From: Rhina ancylostomus | Lineage: Eukaryota | Assembly: GCA_030265395.1 (NCBI GenBank) | Contig: JARFYF010000029.1 | Span: 17,285,990 to 17,349,989 of the forward strand | Reading direction: 5' to 3' | Length of the DNA stretch: 64,000 nt | The notes under the pieces: model-generated | Told to the model about the DNA's origin: nothing | What the model saw: the letters and a program-made list of their open reading frames with translations, nothing else | Databases searched by the model: none | Position numbers and translations under genes: made by a program | Part shown: one piece after another, positions 11,460 through 23,920 of the stretch | Layout: each line of letters begins with the position of its first letter | Numbering within the stretch: the first letter of the stretch is position 1

Positions 11460-12120
11460 GACTTTATTGTCAGCAGGGTGTGTTGTATTGTGGGAGCAGG
11501 TTACTCAGAAGTTTTTGTCTTACAGATGTTTGGTGTAAGACCTGATCTCTCATATGCCTCAGCAAATGAGTCAGCAAATGCTTGGGACTCATCCTCCAAA
11601 TGTGCACATATGCACTATCAGCCATGTACTGCAGCTTGATGACTGAGGCTGGAATGACCTTGGTTTTAGAGTGGAGGCAACAAAGCTTGAACGTTTTCCT
11701 ATTCACTCTGTAGTATAATTCTCACTCCACTGGGGAGCTTCTTAACACAAGAGCAACATGGCAGTGAGGAGGATTAATATGAGGGTTAGAGCAGTGACCC
11801 AGTTTTGCACGACACCAGTGAGATTGGGTCTGTGCTAAACCCATTGGTTAATATGACAGCTTGCAGGTCATGGTGCAGCAGGCAGAGTTTGGATGTCAGG
11901 CATCAGATGGCAGCCAAACTTGAGAAGGATTCTTTACAACTCTTTGACTCAGTAGAGAAAGTACATATATAGTTTCTGAGGCTTTACCCTGAATTTTTCT
12001 TGTTGTTGCATGGTGAAAATCATGGCCATTGTTGCATGGAATCTGTACTGTGACTACAGGGAGGATGTGGTTGAGGAAGACTCTTGTTATGACTTTCCCA
12101 GTGACAGTCTTGCAGAGAGA
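11460..12120 (-). mobile_element. RTE-clade LINE reverse-transcriptase fragment
   Basis: Minus-strand LCLLHHDLQAVILTNGFSTDP and KLCCLHSKTKVIPASVIKLQYMADS resemble RTE RT motifs (LHD.M.A.V...G, NL.RL.AKTKV.....ELQYADD). Confidence 0.7.
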
Positions 12121-13936
12121 CCCTTCCATACATTTCAATTTTTATTTATTTCCTTTCTTTAACATAGGTGCTTTGGATTTGAAATTATCTAGGGATGATT
12201 TGTGCTGTCCATTTGTTTCTACTTTTCATCCCTGGCCATGATGAATATGGAACATTTAACCAAAATTTGTCATTAAAATGCTGTTCATAAATATGTGTGT
12301 AAATATAGTTGAGAAAGCTTTTCCTGGTATTTTGGTAAATTAGAGGGTAAACCCGCTAAGAAATGGAGTCAGTGAACCAAAGCTGCTCAAGGACAGCAAT
12401 CATCAGCCAAAAAGAAAAGCAATTTGAATGGGAAAGACCCACTAAGGAAAAAAGCATGGGGTGGTAATGGAGCAAAACCCTTTGTAACCACCACCAAGGG
12501 AATTTCTTCTCTCATTATAACCTCTGGTAGGAATGGCTGTAAATTCTTCTTAGAGGCAGTCATTTGTCGTAGATTAGACTATACAAATATTTTGATATGT
12601 TGGCAAGGGGATGTTACAAATCATGTAGGCAAATCTGCCATAAATTCAAATCCATTAACATGACAATGAGGGTCAATGGAAGCCAGGTGCAAATAGTTAT
12701 CACCTTAAGATGAGGATCTCTTAATCTTCCAACCAGCATCATGTAAAAGATACAAAGGTACCAGGTATTTGGATTAAATTTATATTGAAAGCTTGCATTC
12801 ACCATTGTAGAACAAGAGCATAGAAAAATGTTACAATGAATGAGGGAAATACATATAGCAGACACAAGATGGCTGTGCTGCTCTTCATAATGTATTTCTG
12901 TTTAGACAAACCAGTTTCATTTTAGGTTGGATTTCAGGAATATAAGTGTCCCTTTATTTTCCTGAAACATCCTAAAGTCTACCCTGTCTGTATTGAGAGC
13001 AGGACAATGGGAAGACATCAGAGGTAGCTCAGGATAGGGATGGGGCTCCAACGGGGAGCACATCGTGAGCACATCTATTTTTAGTTGGTAAATCATTGAT
13101 TGCACTCCTGGCACTCTGAGAAAACATTCCCCATTGAGAGCATTGAATCATGAAATAATTCCCTACAGCATAATTTTAACAACAGTCATTCTTATCAGCA
13201 CACTATTTGATTTCATCACCTCATAACCCAACTGTTGATCACACTGTCTATGTGATTCCAGAAAGAATAGTGATAATTTTACACCCAAAAACAGGTTTGT
13301 TATTTTTGTGATGTTGCAATCCATACACCTTAATTGTGATTTATCTTCACATTCTCCTTGCAAAATGGAAACACAAATTTTAGGAATCCTACATTACTGC
13401 ATGCCATGAAGCATGAGTATATTTAACTGATTTGATTCACATCAAATGAAGTATAACCAAATAGGTTACTCATTAACTAATCAGGTTACCCTATTTTCCC
13501 CCTGAAGATATGATCACATTAAATGTGGGATTCACTTAAGGAGGAGATATTGGTCCTTTGATAACCAAATAAGCCAACAGTCCATTGTTTCTGATAACAA
13601 GCACTTAAAATTGAAAATTGAGAGGCTGATATTCTTTTAAATGTTGTTCGTAGTGCATTGGTGAACATACTTCACAATTTAGTGCATACCCTACATCTGA
13701 AAAATTATAGACCTCTTAAAACAACATACATTGAAATTCGAGCCTTTAAATATTTTCAGTTGTGTGTGTTTTTTGTGTAAGCCAAGCTATATAACATTTC
13801 TCATGTTAATAGATTGTTTTAACTCTGAATGTCTTCACTGATTCTTAATGAAAGACCTCCATTGGATTTTAGACTGTGAACATCTAAGTTACTTAAGGCA
13901 CTGAATGGTCTATGCACACTGAATAGTGTTAAGAGG

Positions 13937-14279
13937 TCATAGTCATAGAGAGCGACAGCATGGAACAGGCTTTTTAGCTACGAAGTGCACACCAACCATC
14001 AACCACCCATAACTGTATATTAATCATATATTTTTTATTCTCTCCCCCCCCCCATTCTTATCAACTCACCAACACATTAAGGGGAAATTGTAGTAGCCAA
14101 TTAACCTACCAACCTGCACATCTTTGTGATGTGCAAGGAAACTGGAGCACCCAGAGGAAACCCATATGGTCACAGGGAGAACATGCAAACTCCATGCAGA
14201 CAGCACCCAAGGTTACAATTGATACTGAGTCTCTGATGCTGCAAGGCATCGACTACTAGCTGTGCCACTGTGCCGCCCG
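13937..14279 (-). mobile_element. tRNA-derived V-SINE (HE1-like), near full length
   Basis: ggaaactggagcacccagaggaaaccca...gggagaacatgcaaactcca...tgccactgtgccgccc; CR1-type tail gtcatagtcatag. Confidence 0.85.
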
Positions 14280-14704
14280 GAGGCATGTAGTGGTTAGAGG
14301 GGCACGTTGGGAGGAGGTGAGCTGAAATGATTAATAGCCTGGGTGAGAGAAAGGAAGATAACCTCTGTACGCAATTATAAATTACAAACCTTGGGTGCAT
14401 TAATTTGTAGGTATGCAATCTGACTATACTGGAATGCACTCTACTGCAGAGTGCTGGAATAGGAATTTGTGCCTTAACGACTTTTCCTTTTTCTCAAGTT
14501 GCAGAAGTGCCTTCTCTGAAATGTCACTGTGTCTGGTAGTCCTTGCAGGGTAGCAAAGAAACTTGGAGGATTATTCACTCTTGTAGCTGATAGCAAGTTC
14601 CCTTTCACATGTCTTAGCAATTAGCAGCATTGCTGGAAAGTTGGTCAGCTGCCTGCCTTCTTGGCAACAGTGAATATTCAATGTGTGGCTGTACAGATTA
14701 GCTT

Positions 14705-14775
14705 GCTCTGAACAAAACATTTTTGGTAGAGATTCAAAAAGCTCTGAACAAAACATTTTTGGTAGAGATTCAAAA
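14705..14775 (+). repeat. 36-bp tandem duplication
   Basis: gctctgaacaaaacatttttggtagagattcaaaa at 14705 and again at 14741. Confidence 0.9.
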
Positions 14776-14869
14776 TAATAGGTTAGAAAACATCTTCCTC
14801 ATAAAACACTATGAAAATGGCAATTATAAATTCAACTATAAAATTGCATATGCAGAAGCTGCAGTTCAG

Positions 14870-15560
14870 TTCACCAATGTCCTCAAGGCACTGTGGGTAA
14901 AGGAGAAAATGGATCTCGTTGAATGGTTCCCCAGGCAGACTGTGAAAGTTATTTGGGAGAATGCCTCATCACCAGAACTTTTAAACAAGCTCCCAAGACC
15001 TTGCTTGGCTGGTGGTAAGAAATGCCCTCCCTCACTGCCTACCACACATTGCCCTGAGGCGGCTGTGGTGGTGAAGAGCTTTTCATCCATCTCCTTCTGG
15101 AATATGCATTTGTAAAAAGGTTCTAGATATAGATGCAGTGGTCTTCCTTGTGGTTTATCCCATACAGCTTTGTAACATAGGACACAGTGCTGTACAGATT
15201 GTTCCCAGGGATGTGTAATGAAACAGATATTAACTGCTGCTGAAATATTGATCTGCCCCAAAGTGTTCTTCTTTCCCAATGCATGGAGCTGTTCACAAGT
15301 AAACTTTGCAGGTTGGTTCATTACAGCATGCAGGGCTATTTGCTGAGGGACACACTGCAATCATTGCAGAGGGTCAAAGGGGAAAGGCTACAGTTTAAGG
15401 GCCTGCTGCCATTGAATAGCAGGGGCTGGAACCTGTGTAAACAAAAACCTGGATATTGCTCATGCAATATAAGCAAAAGAAAATTTATGTCATGCTAATA
15501 TGATGTAAATCTGGAAAGTAATTAGAATATGTACTGTGAGTGGTGACATATAAATATACC
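14870..15560 (+). mobile_element. Tx1/L1-clade LINE ORF2 C-terminal fragment
   Basis: VEWFPRQTVKVIWENASSPELL, followed by frameshifted Cys/His zinc-knuckle remnants and DTVLYRLFPG, typical of Tx1 ORF2 ends. Confidence 0.7.
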
Positions 15561-17381
15561 ATATTGTATACTTGGAATCTTGGGGTGGGGGTGGGGGTGG
15601 GGGCAGGGGGAAGATATTGTTCATTCAGAGATGTNNNNNNNNNNNNNNNNNNNNNNNNNNNNNNNNNNNNNNNNNNNNNNNNNNNNNNNNNNNNNNNNNN
15701 NNNNNNNNNNNNNNNNNNNNNNNNNNNNNNNNNNCGGCCGGGGGAAGAGAGTGTTCATTCAGAGATGTTCACACTAACCTGATTGGTTGGTTAGTTTTGT
15801 TCAATTTATCTTTTCTGCACAAGGTTAGTGAAATAGTCATCTTTCAATATAAAGTGCTCTTTGCCAGCACAGGTTTAGGGGAGCCAGTAAAAGACTGTCA
15901 CCAGCTGGAAATGAGCCAAATGTGTATCAACTGGACAGGCTCAGGGAGACCTTTCGACAGTAAGAGCGATGTGTCATTACGTTTCAAAAATCTGCCATAA
16001 GTATTTTTTTCAGCATCTTTTATCTATAGTACTTTCACCTATAGTACAATTATCCACAATATTGCACATAGATTGTCTCAAATTACTATTTCTTGGCCTC
16101 AGGTTTGTCATATTTTTCCATTTTCTACAAATGTCTTTTCAGTCTTCAGGTGAATGTTTGCATCACTGAATAATGGAAACTGGAAGACGTGTTCATGTTT
16201 GGAGATTAAAATTAGAGGCAAAAATAATTTACTTTGTCACTATCAAAGGAGAAATGAGCAGAGTGCATCACTTCATATAACACATTTATATATGTAAGAC
16301 TGGAGATGACTGTGCACTGTTATCAAATAAAAGCTTATTGCACTTAGGTTAAAGTCCCCTCAATGGAGGCATTAACCTATATGTTTAAAATAAGTTACTA
16401 TTGATGTTAAAATAGTGCATTTGAAATAGCTGTAGTAAGTATACAAATGATAACACCAGTCACACTCATTTACAACTAAGGTAGTTTCAGATGATGGCTC
16501 TTTCAGATGATAATTCTTTCAATAGGGATTTGGTCAGAGACTGAGTTACATCTAAAAGCATAAAACCTGGAGACCAGTGCTCAGGAATGAAGGGGAGGTT
16601 TCTAAAGCTGAGCAAAGTAATATACTAAAGTATACAAATGTTTCATTTTAATAGATATGTACATCACTTTTCTGCATCAAATGCATTTGTATTTTTAAAA
16701 AATCATGTTAATGAGTTGATGTAATAAAACTCCTTATCCAGAATTTTGAAATTGTAAATATATGCACAATCTATTTGTTCAATGTGGTACATTTTAATAT
16801 CACCTATAGGAATGCTGACCCTTGTGTTTTTTTGAAGATTTTAACCATGAAATCTTAATGCAAAATGGTATCAGGAAGTCTTGGCTTTGTAAACTCTTCA
16901 GCAACTGCAAATTGAGAGGAATGTAATAAAATCAGTTCTTTCCTTCCTCACCTTCCCAAGCTTGGCAATGATACTGCAGCTTACACAGTTAATGATATTA
17001 TTACAAATATGAATGTCCTTCACATCTAAAGAACACAGCATCTTCAAGAGAAATAAATGCAATGCTGATGGATGGAAGATTGGGTCCAACGCAAGCATGC
17101 ATTGATTATGCAAATAACCTCGCTGACAGTCACCTTTATTTAAACTGAACACCAAACATTGTTCCAGGGTGAAGAGTTTTTGAGAGCACATTTAGAAAAG
17201 CTGTAGTGAGCAGAATTCTCACTATATATTTCTGTCACTGAAGAATATAAATGGAGTTCTTTGTCATAATGTCTTGAAGGTTGAGTGGTATCTACAAAGT
17301 GTTTACAATACACAACAAAAAATAGTCTTCTGACTTCAGTGGAATTGATAAAGATCTATTCTGTCCATTTTTGTTTTGAAG

Positions 17382-17519
17382 CTGAATGCTGAGCTTGAAC
17401 AGTGTGAAAAAGAAAGTTCACAACTTCAGGACTACGCCAACACTATCCTGCAGCAGATCGCAGACCACTGCCCTGACATCCTTGAGCTGGTAGTCAATGC
17501 CTTAGAAGAATCCTCGTGA
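17382..17519 (+). CDS. ERC1: Last coding exon of ELKS/RAB6-interacting/CAST family member 1 (long C-terminal, FIP-RBD-like tail)
   Basis: Acceptor ccatttttgttttgaAG (AG 17380-17381), phase 0, 45 aa LNAELEQCEKESSQLQDYANTILQQIADHCPDILELVVNALEESS then TGA; matches the recalled human ERC1 end LQDELEKGERDNAELQEFANAILQQIADHCPDILEQVVNALEESS in length and sequence. Too short for the ORF track. Confidence 0.95.
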   Translation: MNAELEQCEKESSQLQDYANTILQQIADHCPDILELVVNALEESS

Positions 17520-19980
17520 GTCACCGTGATTGGACATCAGTGCTGAGCTAAGAAACAATGTTACTGTAGTTTTTTAGAATTTGTATTTTTTTCTGTAAAA
17601 TTTACTATGGTCATGTGACATTGACCAGACTTATTGCAGTGAACTGTTCTATGCAAATTTTGGTAAAAGAAAAGGTAAAGCACCAAGTTACAACTGATTC
17701 TATTGAACCTTTTGGATCCTAAAATAATTCTAAACACCCAAATTGTAAGTTGATATAGGGATGTGGGTATTTGGAATTCCATAACTCTTGGAATCTCTTG
17801 AATTTCATATTATTAACACTAAATACTCTATTCATACAAACGGGGAATGATTCCAATGGCACTCGCATTGGCTAAATGATACACACCAGCCCTCTAGACA
17901 GTGGGCAGGTTCCATTCCACATCTCATTGCACAACATCAGGTGGAATGTTGATCAATTTTCCGTGGTCTCTGGTTTGAGTTTGAATTACTTTAAAAGCCG
18001 CAAAAAAAAAAGAAAAATGCAGTTAAACAAGAAACACCGAACAGGTCTTATCATAAAGCAGAAAATTGAGGACTGCAGCACAGTTTAACAATGATCAGCA
18101 GTTTCATATTTCAAATCAAAACAGTCCTCAATTCTGCGGAACAATGATTGGAACTGACCATTTATCCTTTCAAGTGGTGTGCCTGAGATAGTTTCCCAGT
18201 GGAAACAATTATCCTTCCTTACTTTTACCAGGTACCTCAAAAGACCTAGACACTTAAATAAGTTTCATTCAACACTTTCTAGGTTCTAAAGGGTTGATGC
18301 AATGCATGAACAGGCCTGACACAGCTCTGGATGGTATCAATACCGTTAATAGACATGGTACATGAGTACAAAAATCCATGGCTATAAGTTTTCAAATGGA
18401 CACTACAAGTTTTCTTTATTAATGAAATGGAACCTCCATTCTCTGCCACAGAGTGAGCAACAGAAATTAGCAGATAATTAACAACCTCCAAATTTTGGCT
18501 TTGGATATATAATGCAACAATACATTTGTCTGAGGAATAAAGACAATGCATATGAAAATAATATGAATTGTATGGGCAGTTGTAGGTGGTTTATGCAATT
18601 CAGTAGGAGAGTAACTTTAGTGGACTGCAATATAAGTTTACTTCTCATGCAACCAATTCACCTTTGAAAATTCTAATGCTTAATTGGAAAGACAATTATT
18701 TAATGGAGTGTAAACAACTGAAGTTGCACCATGTGGCATAAAGACACTTGTACCTTAAATCCTCTCAAAGCAAATACTTAAAGCACAGCACTGCCAAATC
18801 TGTACTGGTCAGTCCATCTATGGAACATTGCATTGGTAGACAACAACCCCTGTCCTCCTACTCCTAAACTATTACACTCCTAAACTATTTGTCTCCAGTG
18901 CAACACTACATTGTGATTTACTAGTGCAATTGATGCCACTTTATTGCATGGTTTTAGTTGTGCCACAGAGTGCTTCTACTTGAATGCACTTTTAGTGCAT
19001 TAAAACGGTTAGAAATTTGAATCATCATGGCCTTTTAAAACTTGACAAATGGAACAATGATGACCAAAAAAGTGCAGATATGTCACCAATTCTTGCCAAG
19101 ATTCCTTTGCGCGGGATGAGCAGCAGAGGGAAACTGCTATCCAAAATGTTGAAGTCAACTAGCTGTGACAGATCCATTCTATGATACTGCAATGAAGCCC
19201 AGTTTCAGAAAAAGCTATGGTAATATGTCTTGCATTTGATCAGTTTTATATATTGCATTATTCCAAGTATTCTTGTTAGATCAGTGGTCTGTACAACCTC
19301 ATCATGCTTTGACATTTACATTTTTATGATGGCTGTGGGATTATTATTGGTCATATTAATCCAATGCCTTAAATTTAAAGCATTCAAGCCATCTACTGGA
19401 CATTGGCATTCCTTTTCAGGTAATATTTAATATTAAGGAATAGACATGAAGTTTAGTAGATGTGCTGTTACTTGTATAAAAATGTAGCAATTCAGAATCA
19501 GTAACCACTGATATGAAACTCCCCGAAGAATTTATCTAAATGAACAATTGATGATGAGCACCGCAAACAATGATTTCTCAGTTATACTTCAGAAATGAAT
19601 AGGAATGGTTTTGTGCAGAGGAAAGCTATTAAAATAGATATTGAATCATATTACATAAAGTCAAATAAATTTAGGCAGAAGTTAGGAAGTTAAAACATCT
19701 CAAGCCACTGAAAAAGGAATCAAGTAATAGATTTATGCAGTGGGGAAAAGGAGGTCTTTGGCCAGTTGAAACCTTGCTGACCATCGTGCACCATGTGGTT
19801 GAGACACATTTAGTTACATCTGTATCAAGACTGTTATTGAAAAGCATTCTTTTGAATATCATTTTTGGTATTTCATTTGAAATCTCAAAGCAATTTCTAT
19901 GCAAACAAATGCTAGATTTACCTTCTGTTGTTTTTTGTTAACTGATAGAAATAAATTATAACTTAATACTCAAAACCATG
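17520..19980 (+). other. ERC1: Probable ERC1 3'UTR (end uncertain)
   Basis: AT-rich, no recognisable repeats after the stop; AATAAA at 18536-18541 and 19950-19955; first LINE begins at ~20065. Confidence 0.55.
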
Positions 19981-20064
19981 CAGATATGTCTCACAAGAAG
20001 TCTCAAATTTGTCTATGTTAGACTTGCATTAATAATTGACTGCTAAAAGTAGATTCTGGCTCAC

Positions 20065-20790
20065 AGAATAATATGAATCAGATTTATTTTCACCGACGTA
20101 TGTCATGAAAGTTGTTGTTTTGTGGCAGCGGTACAGTACAAGACATAAAGACATAAAAATTACTATAAATTACAAAATTAAAGAGTGCAAAAGAGGAATA
20201 ATAAGATAGTATTCATGGACCATTCAGAAATCTGATGGCAGAGGAGAAGAATCTGTTCTTGAAATGTTGAGTGTGGGTCTTCAAGTTCCTGTACCTCCTC
20301 CCCAATGGTAGTAACATGAAGAGGGCATGTCCCAGGTGGTGAGGGTCCTTAATGATGGATGCCGCCTTCTTGAGGCACTGCTACTTGAAGATATCCTCAA
20401 TGGTGGGGAGTGTCGTGCCATGATGGAGCTGGCTGAGTCTATAACCCTCTGCAGCCACTTTCGATCCTGCACGTTGGAGCATCCATACCAGGCGGTCATG
20501 CAACCAATCAGAATGCTCTCCATCGTACATCTGTAGAAATTTGCAAAAGTCTTTAGTGACATACCAAATCTCCTCAAACTCCTAATGAAGTAGATCGGTG
20601 TACCTTCTTCATGATTGCATCAATATGTTGGGCCCACGATAGATCCTCTGAGATGTTGTTGCCCAGAAGCTTGAAGCTGTTCACCCTTTCCACCCCTGAC
20701 CCCTCAATGAGGACTGGTGTGTGTTCTCAAGACTGCCCCTTCCTGAAGTCCACAATCAGTTCCTTGGTCTTGTTGACGTTGAGTGCGAGA
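20065..20790 (-). mobile_element. Rex1/Babar-type LINE, 5'-truncated
   Basis: Minus ORF 20281-20577 RRFGMSLKTFANFYRCTMESILIGCMTAWYG...LQRVI, upstream TKELIVDFRKG and FKLLGNNISEDLSW motifs. Confidence 0.9.
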
Positions 20791-21644
20791 AATTTACAGA
20801 ATTGTATATTCTTTGAGCCAGAATCATATTATTATATCCAACTCCTTCTCTGCATACCTCCCATTGACCATACAGTACAAGAGCAAAGTGGTTTGCTGGG
20901 AATTTACAATGTAAACCATTAGAGAAAATTTTATGGCATTTCATCATCATTAACCTAAGATGTCACTCCAAGATGAGGTGACTACATTATGCTTTAAATA
21001 TTCTACCTCGTTAATTTGAGGTGAAAGCCCCTTGCTTCTTAGGCCGATGTCAGATGCGAGAGCTGCCCAGAAATGATTTTATCTCCAGTGTTCTTTCATT
21101 TGCTCCCTGTTGAACATGCAAGACTTTTTGTAATAAAAATAGAAAATCCTGTATATACTTAGTAGGTCAGGCACTGTCTGTGAAGAAATATTTCGGGTTA
21201 ATGTCTTTTCATCGGAACTGTGCCTTTTGTTGCTTTGTCTTGCTAGAACAGACTGCAATGAAAGTAAGAAATTTGTGCTTAATATTGCTTGTTGATGTGG
21301 CTGTAACTTTAGATGGATTGTATTTCCAGTTCTTAAATGGAATGATAAAGGAAAAGATAGTTTAGTACATATTACATTTATATCATTAGTGATTTAATTT
21401 GTGAAATTAGTTCTGAGTTAACTGAAATCAGGTAACAATAACACTGCAGTTTTATAGAGAATGTGCCACAGGTCACAGAAGCCTACTCAAAAGCTCCAAT
21501 GTCATTGACCACATCAACTGGGTAAAATTACACCGACCAATTGAACCAGGCCATATGAATCATTGTTTTGCGCAGTTTTTTGTGAGAATTTAGGAGATTT
21601 GAAAATCCAGGTTTTCCAAAGTAATTTTAATTTTAGAAAACATA

Positions 21645-22210
21645 GGTTTGGCTGCACTTGGATTATTGTGTACAGTTCTGGTTGCCGCACTACAAGAAGG
21701 ATATGGTAGCAATAAAGAGAATATAAAATGAGATTTATCAGGATGTTGCCTGGAATGGAAGGCTGTAGTTATAATGAGAGACTGGATAAGACTGAGTTTA
21801 TTCACACTGCGATGTAGGAAGCAGAGGAATAACCTTACAGAGGTTTGCAAAATGATGAGGAGCATAGATAGGATAGATAGTCAGAATCTTTTTCTCAGGG
21901 CAGGAGAGTCTAGAGCTAGAGGGCATAGATTGAAGGTGAGATCTAAAGGAGATCTAAGGGATAAGTATTTCACACAGAGGGTGATGAATATTTGGAACAA
22001 GCTGCTAGAGGAGGTAGAGGAGGCAGATACTATTACAACATTTAAAAGGCATTTAGACAGATACGTGGATAGGAAAGGAGTAGGAGGATGTGGGCCTAAT
22101 GTAAGCAAATGACGTTAAAGTAGACGGGCATCATGGTCGGCACAGACAAAGTGGNNNNNNNNNNACAAAGTGGTCCATTTTTAAGCTGTACCTTTCTATG
22201 ATTCTATGAT
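21645..22210 (+). mobile_element. CR1 LINE 3' end
   Basis: ORF 21774-22112 RARGHRLKVR...FTQRVMNIWNKL...ITTFKRHLDRY; tail ttctatgattctatga. Confidence 0.92.
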
Positions 22211-22419
22211 TAATAATAATAAGATAATGGGATTTGGTTATCTTGCTTTATCCCTCTCATTCCTTTCTCAGGTGTCAGAAAATAATATCATTAGGTAAAA
22301 CTGGCCAGAAAAGAATTAAAGGAAGTTGTTGCTCTTTCTAGAAAACCGTGTATGGGGGTGGAGGGCTAGTTACCCAAGGACACAAAGTCAGGCAGTATTG
22401 CAGGCAGTGTAGTTGGAAG

Positions 22420-22740
22420 CATTAATTACAAATGGATTAAAAGATTAGGTGAATGAACTAAACTGTAGCAAATAAATTTCATTGGAGGCAGAGCTGAGCA
22501 AAAAAAGATTGTAAAAAGGCTAGAAGCAATGGAAGTCCACAGAGGCTTGAGGTTCATTAAGACATTATGGGTAGGCGTAGAAAATAATCAAGAAGGCTAA
22601 TTAAATGCTGCTTTTCTGTATAAAGGGCTGGTGAAGTTATGCTACAACTTCATGAAGTTCTGGTTAAATCACCCTTGATATACTTTGAGCAGTTTAGGCT
22701 TCCATATTTTAGAAAGGATGTATTTGCAATGGTGGGACAT
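22420..22740 (+). mobile_element. Decayed CR1 fragment
   Basis: aagaaggctaat...gaagttatgctacaact...ctggttaaatcacc...gagcagtttaggctt resembles CR1 ORF2 KKAN...EVMLQLY..LVRPHLEYC.QFW. Confidence 0.55.
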
Positions 22741-23559
22741 CTCCCAAAACAATATATTGCCCTACAAGTTATATTCTGTTGTGCATCATTCTGCATGTTA
22801 TAGAATAGGTTTTATCAGTAAGGCAGGTTTTGTAGATTCCCAAATATTTTCCAGACCCTCCTTGTCCATGGTGTGATTCCTTATTGAGCACAACCATGCT
22901 AGGCTTGCTTTGAAGTCACTTCTGCATGCCATTCACAGTGAATGGTCTCCTACAACACATAAAACGACTTGTCTATCCAAGGCTATGCAGTCCAATGCCC
23001 ACAGGTAGTACACTTTTAAGTTTTGTACTTAGCTCGTACCATAGGCTTCCATTGCATCTACTTTGGCTCCCCACAATCATATTCCAAACTAATGTAACCC
23101 TACCTGGACCATTCTTCCACCAGCTGCTTGTGACCTCAACCCTCCCAACACCTGATCACAACCCTGATCCAGTACACACCAGGCGCAGATCTCTACCCCC
23201 CCTGCCCAAAGTTCAGTCTCAACCTTAGTCTTGATTTCTCCTGCCCCATTACCCCATGATGCCTCTCCCCCACTGCCCAGCTCCAGAGAATCTCCAACCT
23301 TCGCCCCTCCTCTCTTGGGGCTCTTCCCACTACAACAATGCCACCAGCAACGTACCTGAGTATCTTGGCTTGCTGTACACAAGACATGCTACATGTCGGT
23401 AGGTTTGTTGCAATTCCTGGTTTGGAACAATTTTTGGGCCCTTTTTCAAAATCAAATTAAGAAATTCCCCAGAATCTCTAAAGGTAAGGTCTGATTAATT
23501 GAACTTTACTGGTTATTGGGGAAACAGAAAGGCTAGTTGGTGCAAAACTATTTCTTCTG

Positions 23560-23920
23560 GAGTACAGGAATACAGGGCATTGGTGGGGTATAGATACACT
23601 GGACAGTGATGGGGTGCACAGATGCACTGGATTGAGATAGAGTGTACAGATACACTGGGCTGCGGTAGGGTGTACAGATACATTGGACCACAGTAAGGTG
23701 CACAGGTACACTGGGCTGCGGTAGGGTGTACAAAAAAAACTGGACCACAGTAAGGTGCACAGGTACACTGGGCTGCGGCAGGGTGTACAGATACATTGGA
23801 CCATGGCAGGGTGTACAGATTCACTGGACAGCAGTAGGTCTACAGATATATCAGATCAAGATAGAGTATACAAGTGCACTGGGCCATGAAGCTGTGCTTA
23901 AGATACATTGGGTGCTGCTT
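23560..23920. repeat. 28-bp minisatellite with alternating A/B units
   Basis: Units like gtgtacagatacactgggctgcggtagg and gtgtacagatacattggaccacagtaag repeated ~10-12 times, decaying at both edges. Confidence 0.9.

Noticed and set aside
1-17381. Additional ERC1 coding exons
   Set aside because: No segment resembling the penultimate ERC1 exon was found by eye; small exons could still have been missed.
23560-23920. Regularly spaced ~28-bp repeats as a CRISPR-like array
   Set aside because: Head-to-tail units without unique spacers, vertebrate context and no cas genes; it is a minisatellite. The overlapping Cys/Pro-rich ORFs are repeat artefacts.
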